Below, one piece after another: positions 31,086-40,372 of a stretch of 64,000 nucleotides of DNA. Each line of letters begins with the position of its first letter. Position 1 is the stretch's first letter. The notes under the pieces were generated by a model that saw only the letters and a list, made by a program, of their open reading frames with translations, made no database searches and was not told the DNA's origin. The stretch spans positions 4,064,001 to 4,128,000 of the forward strand of contig OZ243956.1 in NCBI GenBank assembly GCA_965214405.1, given 5' to 3'. The position numbers and the translations under genes are program-made. The stretch comes from Trueperaceae bacterium. Its GTDB lineage: Bacteria; Deinococcota; Deinococci; Deinococcales; Trueperaceae.

Positions 31086-32555
31086 ATGAACGAAATCATA
31101 GAACCCCAAAAAACGCTTCCGGTAGCGGGCGAATACGACGTGGTGGTGTGTGGTGGGGGCACGTCCGGCTTTCCCGCCGCCATCGCCGCGGCGAGGCAAG
31201 GCGCGAAGGTGGCCGTCATCGAGCGCTACGGGTTTTTGGGCGGCGTGCCCGCTTACAGCATCATGCCCTGCTGGCACGGGCTTACCGGGAATCACTCCGG
31301 CATCCTCACCGAGTTTGCCAAGCGCATTGGCGCTTTTGGACAGGGGCCTGACCCGTTAAAGGAAAACAGCCACATGGAGCCCGAAACCGTCAAAATTGTG
31401 GAGTTGCAGATGTGTCTCGAGGCGGGGGTCGAGCTGCACCTGCACAATTATTTGGCGGGCGTTATCAAAAAAGGCAACCGCGTGACCGCCGTCATCACCG
31501 AAAGCAAGTCGGGGCGCAGGGCCTTTAGGGCCAAAACCTTTGTCGACGCGACCGGCGACGGCGACCTCTCGTATCATGCGGGTGCGGAATACACCAAGGG
31601 GGACAACGGCAGAATGCAGGGCGTGACCCTGCGCTTCCGCATCGGCCACGTCGATTTTGAGCGTTATTTCGACTGGATTGAGGAGAACCTCGAGTATTAC
31701 AAGCTCGACAGCAAAGACGATGTAGACGCGCTGCGCCAAAAAGCCGAGGACGGCACCGCCTTTTACATAAGTGCCGACCTAACGCCGCTCTACAACCAGC
31801 ACCCCGAGCGCGACCTACCTGCCCACACCTATTTCAACTGTAGCGTCATCCGTCCGGGCGAGTTGTCGGTTAACTCGACGCGCATTTACGGCATCGACGG
31901 GACGGTGGAAGAAGACCTGACGCGGGCCGAAATCACCTGCCGTCAGCAGGCTTACGCTATCTGGCGCTTTTTGCGCGACGTCGTGCCAGGCTTCGAAGGC
32001 GCGATGATGGTCGATGTGCCCGCCCAGGTGGGCGTGCGCGAAACGCGCTCCATCGTCGGGGACTACGTGCTTACCGAAGCGGAGTGCCGCGCCAATCAAG
32101 AGTTTCACGACTCGATTATGACGGCCCAAATCATGTTCGACGCGCACGACATCGACCGCTATTTGCTGGAAATCCTCAAGGGCGCTGTTGATATTCCTTA
32201 CGGCTGCTTTTTGCCGAAGGGGCTCGAGGGCCTCGTCGTGGTGGGGCGCTGTATTTCGTCGGACCACATCGCCAACAGCGGGATTCGTAAGATGGAGAGC
32301 GTGTTTCAAACAGGTCAGGCAGGGGGTACGGCGGCGGCGCTGGCGGCGCTGGCCGACGTGCCGCTGCGCGAGGTGCCCATTTCCAAAATTCGGGACGCGC
32401 TCAAAGCCGCGGCCTTCCGGGTGAGCCAGGAAGACCGCTTTGCTCATCAGGACGACGTGCTCGCCATGAAGCGCGACGACTGGCGCAAAAACCGCAAGCC
32501 CAAGAAGTGGGCCAGTGCCGAGTATGAACGTGCCGCCCAACCGGCGGGCGATTGA
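31086..32555 (+). CDS. FAD-dependent oxidoreductase (FAD_oxidored-type)
   Basis: DVVVCGGGTSG, DATGDGD, GVRETR, GRCIS, GQAGGTAAA. Confidence 0.88.
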   Translation: MNEIIEPQKTLPVAGEYDVVVCGGGTSGFPAAIAAARQGAKVAVIERYGFLGGVPAYSIMPCWHGLTGNHSGILTEFAKRIGAFGQGPDPLKENSHMEPETVKIVELQMCLEAGVELHLHNYLAGVIKKGNRVTAVITESKSGRRAFRAKTFVDATGDGDLSYHAGAEYTKGDNGRMQGVTLRFRIGHVDFERYFDWIEENLEYYKLDSKDDVDALRQKAEDGTAFYISADLTPLYNQHPERDLPAHTYFNCSVIRPGELSVNSTRIYGIDGTVEEDLTRAEITCRQQAYAIWRFLRDVVPGFEGAMMVDVPAQVGVRETRSIVGDYVLTEAECRANQEFHDSIMTAQIMFDAHDIDRYLLEILKGAVDIPYGCFLPKGLEGLVVVGRCISSDHIANSGIRKMESVFQTGQAGGTAAALAALADVPLREVPISKIRDALKAAAFRVSQEDRFAHQDDVLAMKRDDWRKNRKPKKWASAEYERAAQPAGD

Positions 32556-32607
32556 GCGCCCATGCTCCTCTCCACACCCAAAAACACGTTTGCGAGTTGA
32601 TGGCTAG

Positions 32608-33672
32608 ATGAAGACACACCGCGTAGCGGTCGTTCCCGGCGACGGGATTGGCTCTGAGGTCATTGGGTCCGGGATTCAGGTGCTCGAGAGGGTTGCGCCA
32701 CGCCACGGGATAAAGCTCGAGTGGACGTTCTTTCCCTGGGGCTGCCGCTACTTTCAGGAAACCGGGGTGATGATGCCGACAGGGGGGCTCGAGCAGCTCG
32801 CCCCTCACGACGCCATTTTTCTCGGGGCGGTGGGCCAGCCGGGGGTGCCTGATCACGTTTCGTTGTGGGGGCTGCTCATCCCCATCCGCCGCCGTTTCGA
32901 CCAGTACGTCAACCTTCGGCCCGTGCGTCTTCTCAAAGGTATTCGCTCGCCCCTGGCGAACCGCGACAGCAGCGACATCGACTTCGTCATCGTCCGCGAG
33001 AACGTCGAGGGCGAATATTCCGAGATTGGCGGTCGGCTTTACCGGGGTACGGAGCAGGAAATGGCGGTACAAGAAACAATTTTTACGCGCCGCGGCGTGG
33101 ACCGGGTGATGCACTATGCTTTCAAGCTGGCCCAAAGCCGACCCCGAAAAAGCCTCACCTCGGCGACAAAGTCCAACGGCATCATCCACACGATGCCCTT
33201 TTGGGACGAACGCTTTGACAGCGTGGCCGCGGACTATCCCGACGTACAAACCAACCGCTACCACATCGACATCCTCACCGCGCACTTCGTACAGCATCCC
33301 GACCTGTTTGACGTGGTTGTCGCCAGCAACTTGTTCGGCGATATTTTGTCCGACTTAGGCCCCGCCGTGGCCGGGGGCATCGGCACCGCGCCCTCGGCGA
33401 ACCTCAACCCCGAACGCGACCACCCCTCGATGTTCGAGCCCGTTCACGGCTCTGCGCCCGACATCGCCGGAAAGGGCGTGGCGAATCCGATTGCCACCTT
33501 TTGGACGGCGAGCATGATGCTCGAGCACCTGGGCCACGCAGACGCGGCGCACGAGCTGATGACCGCCGTTGAAACCGTGACGGGCACGCGCGCGTGTTTG
33601 ACGCCCGACTTGGGAGGCGCTGCCACGACCAAGGAGGTGACGGCTGCCCTCTTGAACGCCTTGGACGCTTAG
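32608..33672 (+). CDS. Tartrate dehydrogenase / D-malate dehydrogenase (decarboxylating)
   Basis: PGDGIG, PDHVSLWGLL, TKSNG, NLFGDILSD, EPVHGSAPDI. Confidence 0.9.
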   Translation: MKTHRVAVVPGDGIGSEVIGSGIQVLERVAPRHGIKLEWTFFPWGCRYFQETGVMMPTGGLEQLAPHDAIFLGAVGQPGVPDHVSLWGLLIPIRRRFDQYVNLRPVRLLKGIRSPLANRDSSDIDFVIVRENVEGEYSEIGGRLYRGTEQEMAVQETIFTRRGVDRVMHYAFKLAQSRPRKSLTSATKSNGIIHTMPFWDERFDSVAADYPDVQTNRYHIDILTAHFVQHPDLFDVVVASNLFGDILSDLGPAVAGGIGTAPSANLNPERDHPSMFEPVHGSAPDIAGKGVANPIATFWTASMMLEHLGHADAAHELMTAVETVTGTRACLTPDLGGAATTKEVTAALLNALDA

Positions 33673-33695
33673 CGAGTCGGAGAGGCAAAAAACAT

Positions 33696-33727
33696 AACTC
33701 GGCGAAGATTTGAACCTTCGCCGAGTT
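33696..33727. terminator. Hairpin between convergent genes
   Basis: AACTCGGCGAAG-ATTTGAAC-CTTCGCCGAGTT. Confidence 0.7.
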
Positions 33728-33760
33728 CGTCACGATGACGCTTTCTCTAAAAACGCCTGC

Positions 33761-34891
33761 CTAAAAGTCGAAGTCGTCGATGTTGTCCGCCGTAAAAATG
33801 AACGGCGCACCCAGCAGCACTTCGGAGCCGTTGACGATCTGCAAGTCGCCCAAGCGACCCGCCAACACCGAGGTCGCGCCGGGCTCGAGTTCACCGTCTG
33901 CGAGTGCCCGCATCACGTAGGTCGCTGCGTAGCCTAAGTCAACGGGATTCCACAGCACCACGCTCTCAACACAGCCTTCGGACACATAAGGTTTCATGGC
34001 GTTGGGCGTCGCTAGGCCGATAACCGCGACCTCGCCGCAGAGCCCGGCCTGCGTGACCGCGTCCGCCGAGGAGGGCGTCGCCACGCTCGTCATGCCGAAA
34101 ATGGCGTCCAAATCTTCGCCGTATTTGTTGATAAGGGTGTTCGCCTGGTTAAACGACGCGATGGCGTCCTCTTGCGCTTCTAGGGTCTCGAGCCACGCCA
34201 TCTCCGGGTAGCACTGCTCTTGGTAGGCTTGCATTTCGGCAATCCAGCGCGCCTGATTGGGCGTCGTAAAGGTGCTCGTCACGATGCCGAACGAGGCGTC
34301 TTCGCCCTTTTCGGCGGCGAGGCTGTCCATCATCGCCTTACCGATGCCGTTGAACTCGGCCTGGTTGACAAACCAGTTGCGCGCGTCGGGCTGACTATTG
34401 GCGTCGTAGCCGACGACGTAAACGCCTCCCTCTAAAGCCCGCTTTAAGACCGGCGAAATCGCCACGGGGTCGTTGGCGGCGAAGAGGAGGCCGTCGGCGT
34501 TGCCGCTCGAGAGGTAGTTTTCAATCACCGCAATCTGGTCGTCGATGTTCGCCTCGGTCGGCCCGTCGGTCGTGACGCTCACGTTGCCGAGTTCCTCGGC
34601 GGCCTGCTGCATCCCCAAAGAGGTCGCGTCAAAGTAGCCGATGCCGATGAGCTTGGGCACGTCGACGACGTTGAGATCGGCTCCGGGGGCGGCCCTGGGG
34701 CTGGTCACGGTGCCGCCGTCGTAGGGCGTCGACGGCATTTCAGCCGCGCCGCCGTCGCACGAGAGCGGGTTGGTGGGCAGGCTGTCCGCGCCGTCCCACC
34801 GCTGCGCGAACGCGGTGCTTAAAGCTGCGGTTAAAGCTATGGTCAAGAGTAGGGCGAACGTAAAGCTTGCGAATGGTCTAAGTTTCTGCAT
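33761..34891 (-). CDS. Rhamnose/AI-2-type sugar ABC substrate-binding protein (RhaS/LsrB-like)
   Basis: PKLIGIGYF, NQARWI, LWNPVDLGY, FTADNIDDFDF; divergent from rhamnose genes. Confidence 0.8.
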   Translation of the reverse strand: MQKLRPFASFTFALLLTIALTAALSTAFAQRWDGADSLPTNPLSCDGGAAEMPSTPYDGGTVTSPRAAPGADLNVVDVPKLIGIGYFDATSLGMQQAAEELGNVSVTTDGPTEANIDDQIAVIENYLSSGNADGLLFAANDPVAISPVLKRALEGGVYVVGYDANSQPDARNWFVNQAEFNGIGKAMMDSLAAEKGEDASFGIVTSTFTTPNQARWIAEMQAYQEQCYPEMAWLETLEAQEDAIASFNQANTLINKYGEDLDAIFGMTSVATPSSADAVTQAGLCGEVAVIGLATPNAMKPYVSEGCVESVVLWNPVDLGYAATYVMRALADGELEPGATSVLAGRLGDLQIVNGSEVLLGAPFIFTADNIDDFDF

Positions 34892-34972
34892 GGGTTCCTC
34901 CCTGGAACGTGTTTCGGGGTTTGGATGTGTGGACGGCTCGAGGGTATCTTCAAATCGAGTGCTTGGCGGTCA

Positions 34973-35956
34973 TCACCTCCCCTTGAGTCCCTGAATGGAG
35001 TTGTTGATGAGGATGGCGAGAATAAGGATGCTGCCAATCACAATGATGGTCGCGTCGCCCGTCACCCCGGAGAGCGCGAGGCCGTTTTTGAGGAGCTGAA
35101 TGAGGATGAGCCCCAACACCGTACCGAGAATCGTCCCCTTGCCCCCGAAGATGCTCGTGCCGCCCAGCACCACCGCGGCGATGGCGTCGAGCTCGAGCCC
35201 GCTCCCCATATCACTCCGTGTCGTCGTCACGCGAGACACGAAAATCACGCCCGCGAGCGCGCTCATGAGCCCGGCGTAGCCGTAGCTGAGCAGCAGCGTA
35301 CGCCCGACCGGTAAGCCGCTAAAGCGCGCCCCGACGGGATTGTTGCCGATGGCGTAGAGCGAACGACCCAGGGTGGTAAAGCGTAGGAGGATGCTCGAGA
35401 GGACAGCGAACACAATAAACAGCCAGAGCTGTACCGGCAGCCCCAGCAGGTTCGCTTGCGCGAGACTCGTGAACCAAAGCGGATACCCGGTCACGCTGCG
35501 CGCCTGACTGATGCCCTGGGCGAGCCCGCGGTAGAGCGCCAACGTCGCCAGCGTCATAATCAGCGGCGGCACCCCCACCCGGACGATAAACAGCCCGTTC
35601 ATGAGCCCCGCCAAAACGCCGATAATCAGCGCCAGCACCACAGCGAGAGCCAGGGGAATCCCTAAAGTGCTCCAAAACACCCCGAGCAAAATCGCGCAGA
35701 GCCCCAGAATCGACCCGACCGATAAGTCGATGCCCGCCGTGATGATGATAAACGTCATCGGTAGGGCGACGAGGCCCACTTCGCTCATGAGGCGGCCCTG
35801 GTTGAAGAGGTTGCGGAGGGACAAAAAGTTGGGGTTGCGGCTTGCAAAAACGGCGACGACGATGACGAGGAGAAGAAACAAAATCCCCTCCTGGCTTAGC
35901 AGCGCCGTGCGGAGCCGCTGACCGACACCGGGAGCTTGGGTTCTCGTCGCCATCAA
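34973..35956 (-). CDS. Monosaccharide ABC permease (RhaQ-like)
   Basis: GIDLSVGS and ELDAIAAVVLGGTSIFGG motifs. Confidence 0.9.
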   Translation of the reverse strand: MMATRTQAPGVGQRLRTALLSQEGILFLLLVIVVAVFASRNPNFLSLRNLFNQGRLMSEVGLVALPMTFIIITAGIDLSVGSILGLCAILLGVFWSTLGIPLALAVVLALIIGVLAGLMNGLFIVRVGVPPLIMTLATLALYRGLAQGISQARSVTGYPLWFTSLAQANLLGLPVQLWLFIVFAVLSSILLRFTTLGRSLYAIGNNPVGARFSGLPVGRTLLLSYGYAGLMSALAGVIFVSRVTTTRSDMGSGLELDAIAAVVLGGTSIFGGKGTILGTVLGLILIQLLKNGLALSGVTGDATIIVIGSILILAILINNSIQGLKGR

Positions 35957-37356
35957 ACCCGCTGCCTTTGCCTGCGGAGCAGGTCAATAAGCACAGTAAC
36001 CAAAATGAGCACGCCCTGCACCGCCTGAATCCAAAAGGGCGACACGTTGACAAACACCATCCCGGAGCGAATCGTGTTGAGCAGAATCGCGGCGAGCGTC
36101 GCGCCAACGACCGTGCCCTTGCCGCCAAGAATACTCACGCCGCCCACGACCGCGGCGGTAATGACGAAAAGCTCGAGCCCCGGCGGCGGCGTCGCCTGAA
36201 TCACTTGCAGTTGCGTCGCGTAAAGCAAGCTCGCCAAGCCTGCAAAAACTCCGTTTAAGACGAACGCCATGATGACGACTCGAGTCGCGTCTATCCCTGA
36301 GAGCCGCGCCGCCACCGCGTTGCCGCCCACCGCGTAAAGCGTCCGCCCCGCCGGGCTGTACCACATACACAAAGCAGCGAGCAGCGTCAGCACGAGCATA
36401 AACACAATGGGCATGGGCACACCGAAGGGTTTCGTTTGCGCGAGGTAAAACCCGTCCGGCATCCCCGTCACGCGCTGCCCGCTCGTCCACAAAATGAGCA
36501 CGCCCTTGAGGATGCTGAACATCCCCAGCGTGACCACGATGGAGGGTACGCGCAAATAAGTCACGATAAACCCAATCAGCGCCCCCACCCCCGCGCCGAT
36601 AACCAAGGGCGCAAGCCAAGCCATCCACACGGGCACATCCGCCACGACCATGCGCCCGCTAATGACCGCGAGCAGCCCGATAAGCGAGCCCACCGAGATA
36701 TCGATGTTGCCCGTGATGATCAACATACTCATGCCGATGGCCGCCACCGCGATGTAAGCGTTGCCCGAGAGCACATCGAGCAGGTTGCGCGTCGCCAAAA
36801 AACGCGGGCTACTCAGGCCGACGACCACCAAGAGTAGGACGAGCGCGATGATGATGGCGCTTTCCTGATTGGCCGCCAAGTTGCGTAGGCTGTACTCTCG
36901 AGACGTTTCGGGGCGCGGCAGGGCGACTTGCAAGAGCATCACCACGCCCAAACCCAGGAGCGCCCAGAAGCCAGAGCCCATTTGGTTAAGATATGTGGCC
37001 GCTTCCGCGCGGTAGTCGAGGGCGAAGACGGCGAAATACTCGAGCATCACCACCCCCGCCAACGCCGTGAGCGCCGCCGTCGCGCGGCTCACTTGCGCGT
37101 TGGTGAGGTTCCACAGCCCTAAAAAGAGCAGCACCAGCGCCGCGAAGGGGATGAGGGCTAAGCCGTTGGTGGTCAGCCCCACTTCGTTGTTGCCGCGCGT
37201 CTCGGTGAGCACGGGAATCGTCGTCGCGCCGAGCCCTGGTTGGTGGACGAAGGGCAAAAACTGGTAAGCGACGAACACGAGGACGGCCAACAAAATAGGG
37301 ATGAGCAACACGGGTTGGAAGCTCGAGCCGGTCGTCGTCACCGCCCTACCCGTCAC
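35953..37356 (-). CDS. Monosaccharide ABC permease (RhaP-like) with N-terminal membrane extension
   Basis: NIDISVGS and ITAAVVGGVSILGG motifs; GTGA overlap with the ATPase stop. Confidence 0.85.
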   Translation of the reverse strand: MTGRAVTTTGSSFQPVLLIPILLAVLVFVAYQFLPFVHQPGLGATTIPVLTETRGNNEVGLTTNGLALIPFAALVLLFLGLWNLTNAQVSRATAALTALAGVVMLEYFAVFALDYRAEAATYLNQMGSGFWALLGLGVVMLLQVALPRPETSREYSLRNLAANQESAIIIALVLLLVVVGLSSPRFLATRNLLDVLSGNAYIAVAAIGMSMLIITGNIDISVGSLIGLLAVISGRMVVADVPVWMAWLAPLVIGAGVGALIGFIVTYLRVPSIVVTLGMFSILKGVLILWTSGQRVTGMPDGFYLAQTKPFGVPMPIVFMLVLTLLAALCMWYSPAGRTLYAVGGNAVAARLSGIDATRVVIMAFVLNGVFAGLASLLYATQLQVIQATPPPGLELFVITAAVVGGVSILGGKGTVVGATLAAILLNTIRSGMVFVNVSPFWIQAVQGVLILVTVLIDLLRRQRQRV

Positions 37357-38858
37357 GCCGCCACACTCGCCTTGTCCGCGTCACCCATCATCGCGCCCGC
37401 AATCCGCTCTTGCGTCGTGTCCGCCCGCGCGACCTCCGCGACGATGCGCCCGCCGCGCATTACGAGCACGCGGTCGCTCATCCCGAGGATTTCGGGCAGC
37501 TCGGACGAAATCATCAGGATGGCGAGTCCGCGCTCCGCCGCCAGGCGGCTCATCAGGCGGTGAATCTCGCTCTTCGCGCCCACATCGACGCCGCGCGTCG
37601 GCTCGTCGATGATGAGGAGCTTTGGGTTGGAGGCGAGCCATTTGCCCACTACGACCTTTTGCTGGTTGCCGCCCGAGAGGTTGTCAACGATTTGCTCGGG
37701 GCCGTAGGCGCGGATGCCGAACTGCTCGATGGCCCGAGCAGCCAATGTCTTCTCTTCCCCTCGCTTAATGAACGAGCCGCTCGAGTACGCCCTCAACACC
37801 GCCATCGACAGGTTCTCGCGCACCGTCATCTCTTTGATGAGCCCCTGCGTGCCCCGGTCTTCGGGCACGTAGGCAATCCCGTTCGCCACCGCCTGCGCGG
37901 GTCCTCTGATGTTCACGCGCTTACCGTCAATCAAAATCTCACCCGACTGCGCAGGCAAAATCCCAAAAATCGCCTGCGCCGTCTCGCTGCGCCCCGCCCC
38001 GACGAGGCCCGCCAAGCCGACGATTTCCCCAGCCCGCACCGTAAACGACACGTCCCGCGTGTGGGGCTCGTTGGTGAGCTCCCGCACCTCGAGCACCACC
38101 TCGCCCACTTCAGCCTCTTGCTTCGGGAAAAGCTGGTCGATGGTGCGCCCGACCATCATGTTTATCAGCTCGCCTTCGGTTACGTCCACGACGTTTTGCG
38201 TGCCGATATACGCGCCGTCGCGCAGCACGCTCACCCGGTCGGCGAGTTCAAAGACCTCGCTCAGTTTGTGCGAAATGTACACGACGCCCACGCCCCGTTC
38301 ACGGAGCAACCGCACGGTCTTAAAAAGGCTGGCGACGTCCGCCTCGCTCAGCGCCGCGGTGGGCTCGTCCATGATGAGGAGCTTGGCCCCCTTCGAGAGC
38401 GCCTTGGCGATTTCCACGCGCTGCCGGTTGCCGACGTTCAGGGTGCCCACTTTTTGCTTCACATCAAGGTTATAAACCTCTAACTCCGCCAGCACCTCTC
38501 GAGCCCGCCGCGCCGTCGCGTCCCAGTCAATCACGCTCAATGGCCCCAAGCTTCTGCGGGGCGCGTGACCCAAAAAGATGTTTTCGGCGACGGTGAGTTC
38601 GGGATAGAGGCTGAGTTCTTGGTGGATGGTGTCAATACCCAACGCTTGCGCGTCTCGAGGGTTGCCGAGCTTAAACGGTTTACCTTGCCAGTGCATCGTG
38701 CCCTCGTCAGGCTGATAAACCCCGGAAATCGTTTTGATGAGCGTTGACTTACCCGCGCCGTTCTCGCCCAGAAGCGCATGGACCTCCCCGGCGCGCACCT
38801 CGAAATCGACGCCTTTAAGCGCGTGAACGCCGGGAAAGCGTTTGTGAACGCTCTTCAT
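37353..38858 (-). CDS. Monosaccharide ABC ATPase (RhaT/RbsA-like); may start at ATC 38879
   Basis: GENGAGKS, LSGGNQQK, DEPTRGVD; two ABC domains. Confidence 0.93.
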   Translation of the reverse strand: MKSVHKRFPGVHALKGVDFEVRAGEVHALLGENGAGKSTLIKTISGVYQPDEGTMHWQGKPFKLGNPRDAQALGIDTIHQELSLYPELTVAENIFLGHAPRRSLGPLSVIDWDATARRAREVLAELEVYNLDVKQKVGTLNVGNRQRVEIAKALSKGAKLLIMDEPTAALSEADVASLFKTVRLLRERGVGVVYISHKLSEVFELADRVSVLRDGAYIGTQNVVDVTEGELINMMVGRTIDQLFPKQEAEVGEVVLEVRELTNEPHTRDVSFTVRAGEIVGLAGLVGAGRSETAQAIFGILPAQSGEILIDGKRVNIRGPAQAVANGIAYVPEDRGTQGLIKEMTVRENLSMAVLRAYSSGSFIKRGEEKTLAARAIEQFGIRAYGPEQIVDNLSGGNQQKVVVGKWLASNPKLLIIDEPTRGVDVGAKSEIHRLMSRLAAERGLAILMISSELPEILGMSDRVLVMRGGRIVAEVARADTTQERIAGAMMGDADKASVAA

Positions 38859-38991
38859 GCTCAGCAGCGCGTTGCTGATACGCTCAACCTCCTTGTGTAC
38901 CTGCCCTTGGACCTACTCGAGCCCAGCCACGGTTGCTTACCCGCCTACCCAACCTATAAAGTGTCCCTGTACCCTGACGTGATGCTTTAGC

Positions 38992-39020
38992 ATAGTATCA
39001 AGTCGTCTTGACAGTTGCAA
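38992..39020 (-). promoter_or_regulatory. Candidate promoter of the rhamnose ABC operon
   Basis: Minus strand TTGCAA, 17-nt spacer ending TGA, then TACTAT (extended -10). Confidence 0.5.
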
Positions 39021-39045
39021 CGGCGCGAGGGGCTCGAGCGGGCCA

Positions 39046-39133
39046 CCGCGAAATAGCTGCGAAAAAGTTGCGACAAAATTGCAACATATGGCGACAGAAC
39101 TACGACGAAGCCGTAACAAAGCTTGCGATAAAA
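39046..39133. repeat. About 8 degenerate 11-bp tandem repeats (consensus approx. YTGCGACAAAR)
   Basis: ccgcgaaatag ctgcgaaaaag ttgcgacaaaa ttgcaacata tggcgacagaa ctacgacgaag ccgtaacaaag c ttgcgataaaa. Confidence 0.65.
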
Positions 39134-39148
39134 TCTCGAGGAGGTTCA

Positions 39149-40324
39149 GTGAACCAAACCATACATGACGCACTCAAAAGTCAACAGATCGAAACCCCCT
39201 CCTGGGGCTACGGCGACACGGGCACCCGGTTTAAGACGTTCGCCTACCCCGGCGCGGCCCGGACGGTTTGGGAGAAGATAGAAGACGCCGCGCTCATCCA
39301 TAAGCTTACCGGCGTCGCCCCGCGCGTCGCCCTGCATATCCCGTGGGACCGAGTAGACGACTGGGCGGAGCTCAAACGTTTTGCTGGAAACTTGGGTATC
39401 GGCGTCGGCGCCATTAATCCAAACGTGTTTCAAGACGAAGCTTACAAACTCGGCTCACTCGGGCACCCGGATGTGGCGGTGCAGCGTAAAGCTACCGCGC
39501 ACCTGCTCGACTGCTGTGACGTGATGCGCGAAACCGGCGCGAAAGACCTTTCTTTATGGTTTGCCGACGGGACCAACTACGCTGGACAGGACAGTCTGAG
39601 GATGCGTAAAGCACGCTTTGAACACGGTCTGGCTGAGGTTTACGCGGCGCTGCCGGAGGGGGGGCGAATGCTCCTAGAGTACAAGCCCTTCGAGCCTGCT
39701 TTTTACGCCACCGACATCGCCGATTGGGGCATGGCCTACGCGCACTGCCTGAAGTTGGGGCCAAAGGCCCAGGTCTTAGTCGATCTGGGTCATCATTTGC
39801 AGGGGACCAACATCGAGCAAATCGTGGCGTTTTTGCTTTCCGAAGAAAAGCTCGGCGGCTTTCATTTCAACAGCCGCCGCTACGCCGACGACGACCTCAT
39901 CGTCGGCACCAAAGACCCGTTCGAGCTGTTTTGTATCTACGCCGAACTCGTTGGGGCGAAGCGGAGTGGTTTAGCGGGTGTGGACGGCGTCGCCTACATG
40001 ATTGACCAGAGCCACAACATCGAACCGAAGTTGGAGGCTATGCTGCTTTCGGTCCTGAACTGCCAGGAGGCGTATGCGAAGGCGCTTCACATAGATTTTT
40101 CGGCTCTTGGGGAGGGGCAGCAAAAAGGGGACGTTTTGGGCGCGCATGAAGTGTTGATGGACGCCTTTAGAACCGACGTTCGCCCCTTGTTACGCGAGTT
40201 CCGGGAGACGCTGGGCCTAGACCCTGACCCCATGCAAGCCTTGAAGCGCGGCGACTATGAGAGAACTCGAGCCGAAGCGCGCGGCACCGCCCAGGGCGGT
40301 GGCGGTTACCCGAGTAGCGACTGA
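39149..40324 (+). CDS. rhaI: L-rhamnose isomerase (RhaI type)
   Basis: [45 protein letters not shown] 39149 after GAGGAGG. Confidence 0.88.
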   Translation: MNQTIHDALKSQQIETPSWGYGDTGTRFKTFAYPGAARTVWEKIEDAALIHKLTGVAPRVALHIPWDRVDDWAELKRFAGNLGIGVGAINPNVFQDEAYKLGSLGHPDVAVQRKATAHLLDCCDVMRETGAKDLSLWFADGTNYAGQDSLRMRKARFEHGLAEVYAALPEGGRMLLEYKPFEPAFYATDIADWGMAYAHCLKLGPKAQVLVDLGHHLQGTNIEQIVAFLLSEEKLGGFHFNSRRYADDDLIVGTKDPFELFCIYAELVGAKRSGLAGVDGVAYMIDQSHNIEPKLEAMLLSVLNCQEAYAKALHIDFSALGEGQQKGDVLGAHEVLMDAFRTDVRPLLREFRETLGLDPDPMQALKRGDYERTRAEARGTAQGGGGYPSSD

Positions 40325-40372
40325 GGTAGGCAGTCTCAAAGTTTTATTCGTTTTCATGAAAGAGAGAAACCT

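Noticed and set aside
37410..38483. Long antisense ORFs (also 54499-55497, 61784-62629, 32401-33297 and others)
   Set aside because: Shadow frames of well-supported genes in GC-rich or repetitive DNA.
39008..39148. N-terminal extensions in the ORF track (rhaI, DAHP synthase, SBP at 56178, permease at 18018)
   Set aside because: Downstream starts with good SD sequences or stop-start overlaps fit the families better; the extensions cover regulatory DNA or neighbouring genes.
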